The notes under the pieces are model-generated. The model ran no database searches. It saw only the letters and a list, made by a program, of their open reading frames with translations, and was not told the DNA's origin. A DNA stretch of 64,000 nucleotides from Eledone cirrhosa (taxonomy: Eukaryota): contig OZ024743.1 of NCBI GenBank assembly GCA_964016885.1, positions 55,180,001-55,244,000 on the forward strand, given 5' to 3'. Numbering within the stretch: position 1 is the stretch's first letter; every line of letters starts with the position of its first letter. The translations under genes were made by a program, and so were the position numbers. Shown piece after piece: positions 13,751 to 26,109 of the stretch.

Positions 13751-15544
13751 ACCCAAGCACCCGCACAGTTTCCATCTATTAAATTTTCCTCACAAATAAT
13801 TAGTCAACCCGGGGCAAGAAAGGACTTGTACAAGGTGTCAAGCAGTAGGGCTTTACCCTAAAGTATGTTGTTGCAAACTAAACTCCTTAACCACGCAACT
13901 ATATCATCGCCAATATGAATTGATTTTTTTCGTTTATTGTTATTTTTCGTGATTATATATAGATCAATTTTCTTCATAATATCTCAGAAGACATTTTTTA
14001 GCCATTGCTATCGTTACAGTCAGTCTAAATATATTTGAAATCATGTCGCGGAAGAATGATTTTAACCATTCAAAAACACTTAAAAAACTGTTAACTTTGC
14101 TTTATACATAGTATTTAGTTTTTGGTGTCAAAACCTTCGTCGCTCTGTCTGCAATGGAACTCTGACAATGACCATTTCGTAGAAAATGAAACAAAAGTCT
14201 AAATAATATTATATACATGATAAATAGGAAGTAAATTTAACAGATTTTGTGTTTGTAAATGGCTACGATGATTCTTCTACGTAGTAAAGTTTCGACATAA
14301 AGTCTCAAATCAAATCACATGTTACGGGGAGTTGCTGAAAAGTTACTGAATTTCGGTAAAAGAAAATACAGGAGGATCAGTTAATTATGATTTTATTCAA
14401 CATATTCCCCTCTAAGATTCACACAGTTATTGCAGTGGTCATGCCTCCTCTGTAGAGGTAACAGCCCTATCATTTCGCGATACACATAAAGCCAGAAACT
14501 TGTAAGCATACTTTCGTATATATGAATATGATGAATTTATTGAATCAATCACAGTAGACAACCTGTGATTACATATTCAGGGGATCTTTATTTCAATAAG
14601 TTGCAATTTAAAATATGTTAATAACATCATAATGACAAAACGAAAACAGAATAAGAAAAGAGACAAATGTTCCAATATAGGGTGGAGAGGCCTCTAGATC
14701 ATTGGATAAGGGAGTAATCTCAGCTATGTCTCGTCAAGATGGCATAAGCCTTACTGTTAAGAATAGCCAGCGATACTTACAGCATCTTAACCTCCATATT
14801 AAGGTCTGATTGCTCCATTTGATTTGTACCTACACTTGTGTATTGCACCCATCCCATTCAGTTGTAGGGCTGATGTCAAAATAAAAATCACCCTGTTGAT
14901 ACTATAAAATGGGAGGGTTAGAGCCACGATAAAATATATCTTGTACACGCTCTAAAGTGGTTGGCGATAGGATGGGGACTTAGCTGTCGACACTATACCA
15001 CAGTGGAGCGTATATTGCAAGACGGGGTCATCTAACCTGCCCTATCTACTCACAGAAAGTGCTAACCTGTTGAACCCAAGCCAGCATGGAAACGAATCGA
15101 AAAATAGTGATAGTGATGTCGAATCTAGAGGGTGGATCGCGGGTTAGTTTATCAGGAGTCATATGCGTAGGTTAGCGTTCGGTTTAGAGATTTTGCACAA
15201 AGCATGGCGTGCAAACCTCTACCGATACTGCCAATCCACCTACAATAATAATGGCTTCTAATCTAGGCACAGGACCAGTAATTTTAGCGGGAGAGATAAA
15301 TAGATTACATCGATTCCATTTCTTGGCTGGCAATAAATTTTACTTGAAACACCACCCCGACATAGGCGTAGAGCCTGTCACCCCTTCCCTTTCGCCCTCT
15401 CTTTTTTCCTTGGCCTATTAGTCCTTCCTCTTTCCCCCTTTTATTCTCATTTATGGCATTTTTAGTCCTTTCCTTTACTTTCCTATACAGCCAGATCTGT
15501 CCTTTTTTAATCCCACCTCTTTTTTCATTATTTACATAATTAAT

Positions 15545-15753
15545 TAGGAGAGTATCTGTAGAGGGTCGGATGCCATGCTTTGCAGCATAGAGTTACGGCA
15601 CTTTCTGAGTTCAAATCCTGCCGATTTGAACTTTTCCTTTTCATCCACACGGGGTCGATAAAATAAAGTACTAATCACGCACAGGGGTCGATTTGATCGA
15701 CTTTCCCCCTCCTCCCAAATTGCTGGCCTTGTGCTTATATGAGAAACAATTAT
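15545..15753 (+). mobile_element. Nin/Deu-domain tRNA SINE
   Basis: CTGAGTTCAAATCC..TTTCATCC..GGGGTCGATAAAATAAAGTAC..GGCCTTGTGC. Confidence 0.8.
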
Positions 15754-16205
15754 TTATATCATTAATTTTGAAAACTCAATAAATAATTCAAATTAAAAAA
15801 ATATATTTTATTGATTGTTGAAGCAATGAATGGCAAATTTAACCTCAGAGGGATTTGAACTCTGAAGCTGTAACTGAAAGCCACGATACATTTGTCCGAC
15901 GTTTTAATAATTCTGCCAAATTCCAACAATAATAAACTTCATATACTACTTTATTTTTAAAAAAGGGGAAACTCATCGATTACATATTTACTTGTAGTTG
16001 TTTTGATGGTATATATGCCTTTTGATGAAAGTGAAACTACGCTTGATAATCGATTAAACGTGTTTATTATTTGTTCAATTTACGAGGAAATACTATAATT
16101 GGAATCTTTACATGTCTATATATTTAAAAAACATAGATTTTTATACACATTTACAGTCTCAGTTTTCTCAATTTTGTATTAGATATTTCAGCTGCTTATC
16201 TCACA

Positions 16206-16249
<44 letters not shown>

Positions 16250-16281
16250 TACACACACACACACACATATATATATATATG

Positions 16282-16359
<78 letters not shown>

Positions 16360-16365
<6 letters not shown>

Positions 16366-19328
16366 TAAAATAACAGATTAAAGTTTAAGCAAAGAATCGC
16401 TGCTTTCACCCTTAACAGGATCTTCTGAAACTAACAAAGTCAATCTGTAAACGCAGAAGTGGATATTTCAAAAAACGTTGCAACCGGAGGAAGACAGGAA
16501 GACGATACTTTGGTTCGTGGAAACGTTCGCTATGCAAATAAGTAATGGTATAAACAAAACATACTTAGCTCCCACATCAAGACGTAAAATATCCATGTAT
16601 AAATCGTACTATCCGTTAGGGTATAACGTGGGGCTGTAATACAGGAAAGTTTTGTGCAATTTATGTTTACAAGCCGAAATTGCCTCAGATTTTTTGTTTA
16701 AGATGTGGTCTGTGGCGTAGAGTATTTCCAGGGCCTCAGCGTCGCAGAGGTCACATGGTCTTTTATTTCCGTTATACGATCTAGCCCTAGCTAGGATCTC
16801 CTAGAGTAACTTATATTGGGTGTGGTTGTCTTTTAGACTCCAGATATAAGTTGAAAGTGACGTCATATTCCTTCTTAGAGGGTAACCAAAAGAATGGGTA
16901 TGCATGTAAAGACGCTGCTTGAATCTATTGGCGGTTAACCCTATGTAGGCCCTACGGGACGTGGGTGTTACAACCTTACATTTGTAGACAATGTTACTAG
17001 AGAGGCATTTCCTGGATAGGGGACAATCAACCCGATTCCTACAATTACAGTTAGTACTAACTACAGGGTTGCACGTGTTCCTACGGCCAGGTAGTTTAGC
17101 TAAATTTGAAGCTGTGATGTTATGTGCAAGGTTAGGAGTCGTAGAGTAAGACATTTTAATAGTATTTCTATTAAAAATGTTACTATACTTATGTGTAGGG
17201 GAAAATGCTTCGTAATAAAGGAAAGAAAGATCTTAGCTAATGGTGTGGTCACCTCCATATTATATGGTGGGTTATACCAACAAATGCGACGGGATCTATT
17301 TCTTCTAGGTCTATTTTCGTACTCTGTATATGCTACCTTATCGACAAATCCAATTCGAGCAAGAGCTTCATTGTAATAAGTGGAATGGTCGTTGAAAATA
17401 CGCTCGTTGGTGGAAAGACGGGAAAGCCTCAACGAAACGTTTCTTACCAGGTTCTTGGTTATGCTGGCAGGATGGTTGGAATGCTTACTTATGTAATTAA
17501 GTGTATCATTCGGCTTTCTATACGGGTAATACAACCCATTCAATAAATTGAGGGTAACGTCGAGGTAATTAACGACCGAGAGATTGGCCTCAACCTGTAT
17601 AGAGAGGTTGAAGCCTTTAAAGAAGGCTGTGAGTTCTTTTCTGAATCTGTCGCAAGCACGAGGTCCGCACTTAGTCATGGTCAAAAGACCATCGTCACGG
17701 TACAAACCACCGCCCGCGTTGGGGAATTCGTCCTTGATAGAGAAAAGAAGGAAAAGGCCGATAAGATCAGTAACCTCCGCAGAATCACTGGCGCCCATAC
17801 TCACGTGGAATGGGGGTACTATTGGATTTTTTAATCCAAATAGAGTCGTCGAAATTAATCACCAACTTTCGGGCATTGAGGATGACATCAACTTCGAAAT
17901 CCTTAACCCATGTGAGTGTTTTAGCGAAATTGATAGCTCTAAGGAGAAGTGGTAAAGTGATGGAGGAGTAGTAATTGTTGATGTCGAATTGGATAAAACG
18001 GCAATGTTCCTTGTTACATATGCCGTTGAACCAATCAATCACCGCGAAAGAATTGTTCCACAGTGCAAGAGGGGCCAAACTTCTAATTTCTGGTATAATT
18101 CTATCAAGAATCGTTTTACTAAGTCTACCTAAATCGGACTTCGTAGGGTTAATAACCCGAATAGAGGGCTTGTTCGGAAAATTGGATTTGTGATCCTTCA
18201 GGGTAAAGTGGGGAGAAATAGGGTCCAGAGGTTCGGTCCGGTCCAGGATGTTGAGATCAGATGTGATTTTAAACCCAGCATCGTTGATTTCATTGATGAC
18301 GCACCGATTAGTTTTACGGTAATCCTTAGTTACAGCAATATATAGTAGTTGATGGTAAGTACTGCACTCCACTTGATATAGGTTGCCAGTTTTGTCGGAA
18401 TGGACGTGCACGGCATTAGAATCCTTAATAGAACGAATTCTATTCAGGTTTTGCTGGAAGGAATTGCTCCTATTCCGAAATTTGATACTCCGAATGAGTT
18501 CCAAAACATCATTTTCGAAGGGTAGCAATGCTGGGTTACACGGGGGGTTATTATAGCTTTTAAATCCAAATTTATCCTGTTTGTTGTCTGCTTTTCGCGG
18601 ATTATCGAAATAAAAGGTACGCCAACGCAACCTTTTAATGAACGCGTCTGTTTTCTGTATCAGGAGTTGTAGACATGTCTTCCTGCTTGGTACGGGTATG
18701 TTCTTTGTAGAAATATTCAGATGTTGTTTCTGCATGATGAATATAAGTCAGTAGAGTGCTCAACCGAGGGAGCCAAATAGTAATAATAATAAATTTGAAG
18801 ACAAAAATCCAAAGAGGGCTCGATAAGGATAAATATATATCAAATATATAAGAACCGTAGAGCAAATATTTATTAAAATAACAGATTAAAGTTTAAGCAA
18901 AGAATCGCTGCTTTCACCCTTAACGGGATCTTCTGAAACTAACAAAGTCAATCTGTGAACGCAGAAGTGGATATTTCAAAAAACGTTGCAACCGGAGGAA
19001 GACAGGAAGACGATACTTTGGTTCGTGGAAACGTTCGCTATGCAAATAAGTAGTGGTATAAACAAAACATACTTAGCTCCCACATCAAGACGTAAAATAT
19101 CCGCGTATAAATCGTACTATCCGTTAGGGTATAACGTGGGGCTGTAATACAGGAAAGTTTTGTGCAATTTATGTTTACAAGCCGAAATTGCCTCAGATTT
19201 TTTGTTTAAGATGTGGTCTGTGGCGTAGAGTATTTCCAGGGCCTCAGCGGCGCAGAGGTCACATGGTCTTATATTTCCGTTATACGATCTAGCCCTCTTT
19301 CGATTTTAGTCTTCAAATTTATTATTAT

Positions 19329-19332
<4 letters not shown>
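16360..19332 (-). mobile_element. Near full-length Penelope-like retroelement with direct pseudo-LTRs
   Basis: About 428-nt near-identical direct repeats 16360-16788 / 18868-19296 flank an RT plus GIY-YIG ORF; inserted in (TA)n; 19303-19332 is an inverted copy of about 18779-18808. Confidence 0.92.
16609..18735 (-). pseudogene. PLE polyprotein (reverse transcriptase, CxCx5CP linker, GIY-YIG endonuclease) with two frameshifts and one premature stop
   Basis: Frames 18735-17785, 17804-17100 and 17154-16801, then read-through to 16609: SDKTGNLY, QFDINNYYSSI, MGASDSAEVTDLIG, GLYRDDGL, NYLDVTLNL, CNCRNRVDCPLSRKC, NIVYKC..AYIGLT..FKQR, CDLCDAE..LNKKSE..CKH. Confidence 0.92.
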
Positions 19333-19380
<48 letters not shown>

Positions 19381-19387
<7 letters not shown>

Positions 19388-20036
19388 TGTAGTTCCTATC
19401 TGTTTGTTTGTTTGTTCACGAACTCCTCCTATGATTTTGGAGATAGACCCTCATAACCATATATATTCTGAAACTACATTGCCCAGGGTACTTGGATAAG
19501 TATATTTCATTTTAATCAAAGGGTTCCCCGAAGGCACAAACCCCCGCTGAAAACCCCTGCTGAAGAATTTTTCCTTTCGATTTATATGAAATTTAAACCA
19601 TAGGTAAATGACAAGATATAATGCCTATTCACAAAATTTCAGTAAATTTCAATAATATTAAGAGACTCTATTGGGGGTTAAACCCCTATTAAGGTTCCCC
19701 GGGGGCACAAACCCCCGCTGAAAAATGTTTTCCTTCGATTTATATGATATTTAAACCAAGATATGATGCCTATTCACAAAAGTTTTGAATTGATATTTTG
19801 AAAAAATTATTTACAAGAAACAAAATATGAATAAGATTTAATAATATAATTTTGAGTTGATATATTACAAAAATGATGTTTCCCAATTTTTCATGCATTT
19901 CATTTTACATTGAGTAATATTGAAATGCAGAGTTTTCTCCATAAATTATATCACTGATTTAAAATCAATCACCATTTCCTTACAAAAAAAAAAGAAAAAT
20001 GTGGGAAACGCAGCTAGGCGCAGGTAATTCGGCTAG
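19381..20036 (+). mobile_element. Non-autonomous Helitron-like element
   Basis: Starts ATAAAG..(GTTT)n, has an internal direct repeat (about 19520-19640 / 19692-19780) and ends GC-rich ..GGTAATTCGGCTAG|T. Confidence 0.6.
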
Positions 20037-20043
20037 TATATAT

Positions 20044-20361
20044 ATATTGTTATACTTGTTATTACTTGTCGCAATAATATTGCCAGAATTAATAACAGAA
20101 CATTCTCACTGTTTGGTTGGTTTCCGCTTCTGTATCTTTTATATCAGTTAATTTATTCGGTCCTCAATTTTTTACCATTGACTGACCAACGGTAAAAAAA
20201 TACAGATATAATGTAGACACAAACATATATATAGTCTAACAAACACATATATATATAGTCTAACAAAGGTCTTTCGTTGCACATCTGCAACATCGTCAGT
20301 GGTGCTATTATTATGTTCCTCTTGTTGCATTGTATATCTACGCCATCGTTATTTAATCTGT

Positions 20362-20412
<51 letters not shown>

Positions 20413-21926
20413 TTTTTGTTTCCTTCTCTGCGCATACGTTTGCGTGTGTGTATAGTGTTTGGTGTGTGTTCGCATTTGGGTGGCTGTGTTTTGGCATTTG
20501 TATTCTATCTTAGTTTACTAGTGTGTGCTTATATGTATCAGGTATTTGGCCTCCAAATACCTGATACTCAAAAACTCAACAATGTCCAGTAGTGCTAAGT
20601 TTAATATTCTGATCGCAGACTGGTACAAGTGATGAAGAACGTGTCCCGCGTGTGTGACTCAACAGGGATGGAAAGACACATCCAACATTTCATCAACCGC
20701 ATGCAGTTCTCTGGCTACAACCAAAGAGACAGAATCAGAGTATATGAAGGAGCCACGGAGAAGTATAAAACCCTCATCGAACTGGACATAAAAGGAATTT
20801 GCCCATTATACAGGAGCAAATCATGGAATAGCTTAGATGGGACTAAACATAAGATAGGGAAAGCCACCTCATGGTACGAGAACCAGAGATACCAGAGTGT
20901 CATGTACGTGGACGCTACCCCTGGAGGGAAATTAGCTAACCAGTGTAGAAAGGCTCTGAGAAAGACTCACTTAAAAATTAAGGTGGTAGAAAGGCCAGGA
21001 ACTACCAGAAAATCACTGATCAGCAAAACATACCCTTTTAAGAAAACACATTGTACTAATAGGAAATGTATTATAGGTAAAGTAAACCCCCGGATAAACT
21101 GTAAAACTAGAAACGTAGTCAATAGCATAAGATGTACAGAGGGTACTTGCAGAAACATGACAACAACATACATAGGCGAGACAGCTCGTAGCATAGGTGC
21201 AAGGATAGACCAACATTGGGGGGAACTAAAAGGACGAAAAAGGGTTCAGTACTATACGAACACGCCAGACAACAACACAAAGGTAACATAGACAACATAG
21301 GAATTAAAATAATATCTAAATATAGAAATGACCCAGCAGATAGGCAAATCAGAGAGGCAAGTGAAATAGAACTTAGAATGCCAAATCTAAACAGAAAAAA
21401 TGAATGGAATAACAACAACACCCAAACAAACAATACTGACCTAAGAGAAATATAAATATATAAATATATACACAAGCACAATAACAACAAACACATATAA
21501 GCACACACTAGTAAACTAAGATAGAATACAATAACCAAAACTCAGTCACCCAAATGCGAACACACACCAAACACTATACACACACGCAAACGCATGCACA
21601 AAGAAGACAAAAATAAATAAATAAACAGATTTAATAAAGATGGCGTAGATATGCAAGACAACAAGAGGAACATAATAATAGCACCACTTACAATGTTTCA
21701 GATGTGCAACGAAAGAACTTTGTTAGACTATATATATATGTGTTTGTGTCTATATTATATCTGTATTTTTTTACCGTTGGTCAGTCAATGGTAAACATTG
21801 AGGACCGAATAAATTAACTGATATAAAAGATACAGAATCGAAAACCAACCAAACAGTGAGTGTGTTCTGTTATTAATACTGGCAATATTGTTACAACAAT
21901 ATGACCCTCCCCAAGTATAACAATAT
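20044..21926 (+). mobile_element. 5'-truncated PLE (Nematis-like) with inverted terminal repeat
   Basis: Inverted arms about 20044-20538 / 21494-21926. ORFs 20629-21291 and 21216-21455 give MQFSGY, PLYRSKSW, VDATPGGKL, KVVERPG, YIGETARS and RQIREASEI..LNRKNEW. Confidence 0.85.
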
Positions 21927-21991
21927 TTGTTTCGACACACGATTTCATATCAAAAACCTCGCAAAACAAATATATATATATATATATATAT

Positions 21992-22030
<39 letters not shown>

Positions 22031-22109
22031 TAATCGATCGACTTTCGTCAAATCGGACCGACGAAACAATGTTTCCGTTGGTCTTTCAAATTACTAATAC
22101 TATCTATCG

Positions 22110-22247
22110 GTCGCAACTCCAGGTAGAAGGAGCAACGTGAAATAAAGTGTCTTGCTCAAGGACATAACGCATCGCCTTGTCCAGGAATCGAACTCACAAC
22201 CTTACGATTGCGAATCCAATTCTCTAACCATTCAGCCACACGCCTTC
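22110..22247 (-). mobile_element. tRNA-derived SINE, second family (GTCCTTGAGCAAGACACT core)
   Basis: A-box TGGCTGAATGG and B-box GTTCGATTCC; near-identical copy, including about 80 nt of tail, at 61115-61328. Confidence 0.8.
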
Positions 22248-22342
22248 ACGTATATATAAGAAAGTATAAAACAACAACCATGCAGGAATAAAAATTATAC
22301 AAAGTATTAGGTTAATGGTTAGTGAGAGAGGGGGTGTGGGTG

Positions 22343-22372
22343 CGACGTTTCGAGCATAAGCCCTTCATCAGA
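22343..22372 (-). ncRNA. Minimal hammerhead motif, family D
   Basis: CTGATGA-a-GGGC-ttat-GCTC-GAAA-CG-TC; stem I is weak. Homologue at 43768-43797. Confidence 0.55.
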
Positions 22373-22429
22373 AGAGGGGGGGGCGGACTCCGAGAGAGAG
22401 TGAGGGGGAAGTTAGTGGAAAAAAATAAA

Positions 22430-22487
<58 letters not shown>

Positions 22488-22489
22488 AG

Positions 22490-22680
22490 AAAGTGTGGAA
22501 AGAAACCAAGTGGACCATAACGCACCAGAGTACTCGATACTTAGGATAGTAGAGTGGGTAATAGGAAAACTTCAGGACCCCGACGGCTGAGCTCCCGCCG
22601 TTTCGACAGCTAGATCCGAACAGTTCGGATCTAGTTGTCGAAACGGTCGGAGCTCAGCCGTCGAGGTCCTGACTTTTTCC
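22490..22680. mobile_element. CCCCGACGGCTGAGCTCC-family element with internal palindrome
   Basis: 22564-22680 folds back on itself around GATCCGAAC-a-GTTCGGATC. Confidence 0.7.
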
Positions 22681-22805
22681 ACACACACACATATATATAT
22701 ATAGAGAGAGAGGTAGAAGACTGGAAGGTAATATCCTTAGTGGTAGAGCACTCAGTCCAAGGGACGAGTTAGGTAGAAGTGGTTACAACAGTTAGTTCAC
22801 CATAC

Positions 22806-22843
22806 CGAAAACAATTGTTTCACCTTAGCGGATACTCAGCTCG
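22806..22843 (-). ncRNA. Hammerhead motif, family E, with G8 mutated
   Basis: CGAG-CTGAGTA-tcc-gctaa-ggt-GAAA-CAATTG-TT-TTCG. Confidence 0.5.
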
Positions 22844-23432
22844 TATTGGACATGGTTATACGGAACAGGAAGGACAACCGTACGAACGCGCAAGCGCAGA
22901 AACGGTCTCTTCACTCGGGCAATACTAAATTGCGTGCGAGAGGTGTAAGGGAGATAACTGTGAAAGTCCGAAAGTTTCTAGTTGATAAGAAAATTAGGAT
23001 GCTGTTGTAATTCAATCCGGAGCTTTGTAGGTATGTAAGAGGTGTTTCCAGACGTGTGGACAAGTCAGTATGAATTCATTTCTTTAGTTTCGGCAATCGC
23101 TATTGCGCAATCTCTTTAGAATATTCATTCGTTCATCAATACATAGTCCACACGAGACGGATTGCCTCTTGCGTATGCCTTGGACTTAGTGATGGCTTTC
23201 CATTGAATGGAGTAGTCCATACTTGAGTCCTTGAGGGACCATACGTGGATCGCGAGTTTCGTGGATGAACGTCTGTCCGGGTACCTAAAAGTCGACTGGT
23301 GGTTCAGCAAGCGTTCTTTAAATCGGCCCTCCGCCCTAGCACGCAATTTAATATTGCCTGAGTGAAGTGACCGTTTCTGCGCATGCGCGTTCGTACGGTT
23401 GTCCTTCCTGTTCCGTATAACCATGTACATTA

Positions 23433-23470
23433 CGAGGTGAGGATCCGATAAGGTGAAACAATTGTTCTCG
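23433..23470 (+). ncRNA. Hammerhead motif, family E, with C3 mutated
   Basis: CGAG-GTGAGGA-tcc-gataa-ggt-GAAA-CAATTG-TT-CTCG. Confidence 0.5.
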
Positions 23471-23500
23471 GTATGGTGAACTAACTGTTGTGTAACCACT

Positions 23501-23544
<44 letters not shown>

Positions 23545-23552
<8 letters not shown>

Positions 23553-23592
23553 AGTCAAACATGTACCAGCTTATAAGAAGGTAACATGAATT

Positions 23593-23630
<38 letters not shown>

Positions 23631-23678
23631 AATTCATGTTACCTTCTTATAAGCTGGTACATGTTTGACTAAAATATA
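23545..23678. repeat. Palindrome centred on a (TA)n tract
   Basis: About 50-nt unique arms TTTTAGTCAAACATGTACC..GAATTCAAT / ATTGAATTC..GTTTGACTAAAA. Confidence 0.9.
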
Positions 23679-24336
23679 GTTGAACAAATTGGGCATATTT
23701 GAGACGGAAAACTGGCCACCGTCGCATAGCGAGCCGTTTGAACATGCGGCAGATGCGAATTCGTTCCCCACATATAACTTAGGTCAATTTTAGGCGTTTA
23801 TATGCCCGTCTCCGGCTATTTTATAGTTACACATGCGTTGTAGCAGCTTAGATTCTTGGAAAATTCAAATTAGTTCAACACGAATAGAACGGTTTCCTTC
23901 TTTGATTACATCTCCTGGGTGACAGATAAAGTTAAAAAATGATGTACAAGGGGTCATTTCCACTCTGTTGTCATGGGAGCGCAGCCAACCCACATGCGTC
24001 ACGTTATGCTTATGCCCATACACAAATCTAAACAATTTGTTCTATCTTTAGGTCATTTATATGCCTAACTTGTTAGACTATATGAGAGTCAAATCTGCGA
24101 TGAAGTACCTTAAACGTTTTTAGCACGCTTGCAATATACATATATAAACAGAAACAGAATGACAGTTCATCGCCAACAGTTACGAGATCAAACCACGAGA
24201 CAGATACCACTAAGTGCATATCTAGACATATGCGCAAGTAATAAGACACCCAAATTCCTAGATTTCATCTTTTTTCCTTATACTTTCACTCGTGTATGAC
24301 ACCTCGGTTATTTTTCATTTTGTAAAAAAACCTCAC

Positions 24337-24440
<104 letters not shown>

Positions 24441-24715
24441 AAAGAAAGTGTGGTAAGAAGCCAGGTGGATCATAACGCACCAGAATACTCAACACTTAGG
24501 GTATTAAAGTGGGTAATAGAAAAAGAGTCAAGACCCCGACGGCTGAGCTCCGGTCGTTTCGACTGTGGAAACGGATGGAGCTCAGCCGCCCGGGTCCTGA
24601 CGCTTTTCCTAGATATACATACAAATACATACGTATAAACATATATATATATATACACACATATATATATAGATAGATTCAAAAACCTCTCCGCATGGCA
24701 TTTATCTATCTACCT

Positions 24716-24774
<59 letters not shown>

Positions 24775-24806
24775 TCTCCATTTCTCTCCCTCTCTGTCAC
24801 CCTCTC

Positions 24807-24852
<46 letters not shown>

Positions 24853-24853
24853 T

Positions 24854-24892
<39 letters not shown>

Positions 24893-25143
24893 TATACACA
24901 TATATAGAGTTTTTTTCGTCACTGACATCTAGAAACAGTTACATACATCAAAGAAGTAGATGAAGAACAAGAAGTCAACGATGATGGTGATGATAATGAG
25001 GATGATGATGATGATGATACCTAAATGAAAGTAATAACAATTGCTATAATACGGAATTATTTGTTGGCGTTTTGTCTTTTCATCTTTCTTTTATATGCTC
25101 TTTTTATATTTTTACCACCATATACCAACGAAATACATATTGC

Positions 25144-25200
<57 letters not shown>

Positions 25201-25527
25201 ATGTGTATGTGTGTGTTTGTGTGTGTGTCTGTGTGTGTATGTGTCTGTCTGTCTGTCTCTGTGTGTGTCTATTGGAATATATATCCCATTGGTGAATAGT
25301 GGCAAAAGCTGTCAGCATTGTAAAGAAGTGCTGTCAGTTGCAGAAATCTTTGGTAACTCCTTGACTTATTGCTATGTTGAGAATATGACATATGCAAGAC
25401 TTAGCTGTCACTATACACATCGACAACAACACGACGTACACTTTGATGACCGCCATTTTATTTCGCTTCCCGCTTCATGACACGCTTTCGATACTTTTAC
25501 TTTCCGATCGGCTCATTACAGTTGACA

Positions 25528-25600
<73 letters not shown>

Positions 25601-25657
25601 GACGCACACGCACACACACGCACACGCACACGCACGTACGCGCGCACACGCGCACAC

Positions 25658-25752
<95 letters not shown>

Positions 25753-25859
25753 TAGCACTCTAAGACAATTTTTGCTCGATACACGCTCAAACCATGTCTC
25801 ATTGTGTGAGTAATTGTGAGCAAACGGGATTATAGCGAATATTTCCTAGAACCGCGCCA

Positions 25860-25890
<31 letters not shown>

Positions 25891-25921
25891 TATATACATA
25901 TACATATATATATACATATAC

Positions 25922-26065
<144 letters not shown>

Positions 26066-26109
26066 CATATACATATATATAGAGATATACATATATATAT
26101 ATAGATATA

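Larger units (their letters stand above)
22712..23502 (-). mobile_element. Truncated PLE (endonuclease C-terminus) with inverted terminal repeat
   Basis: RFKERLLNHQSTFRYPDRRSSTKLAIHVWSLKD..IQWKAITKSKAY at about 23340-23125; inverted arms 22776-22936 / 23341-23502. Confidence 0.85.

Noticed and set aside
22170-22247. tRNA gene
   Set aside because: A and B boxes are present but continue into a SINE body, with no convincing cloverleaf or terminator.
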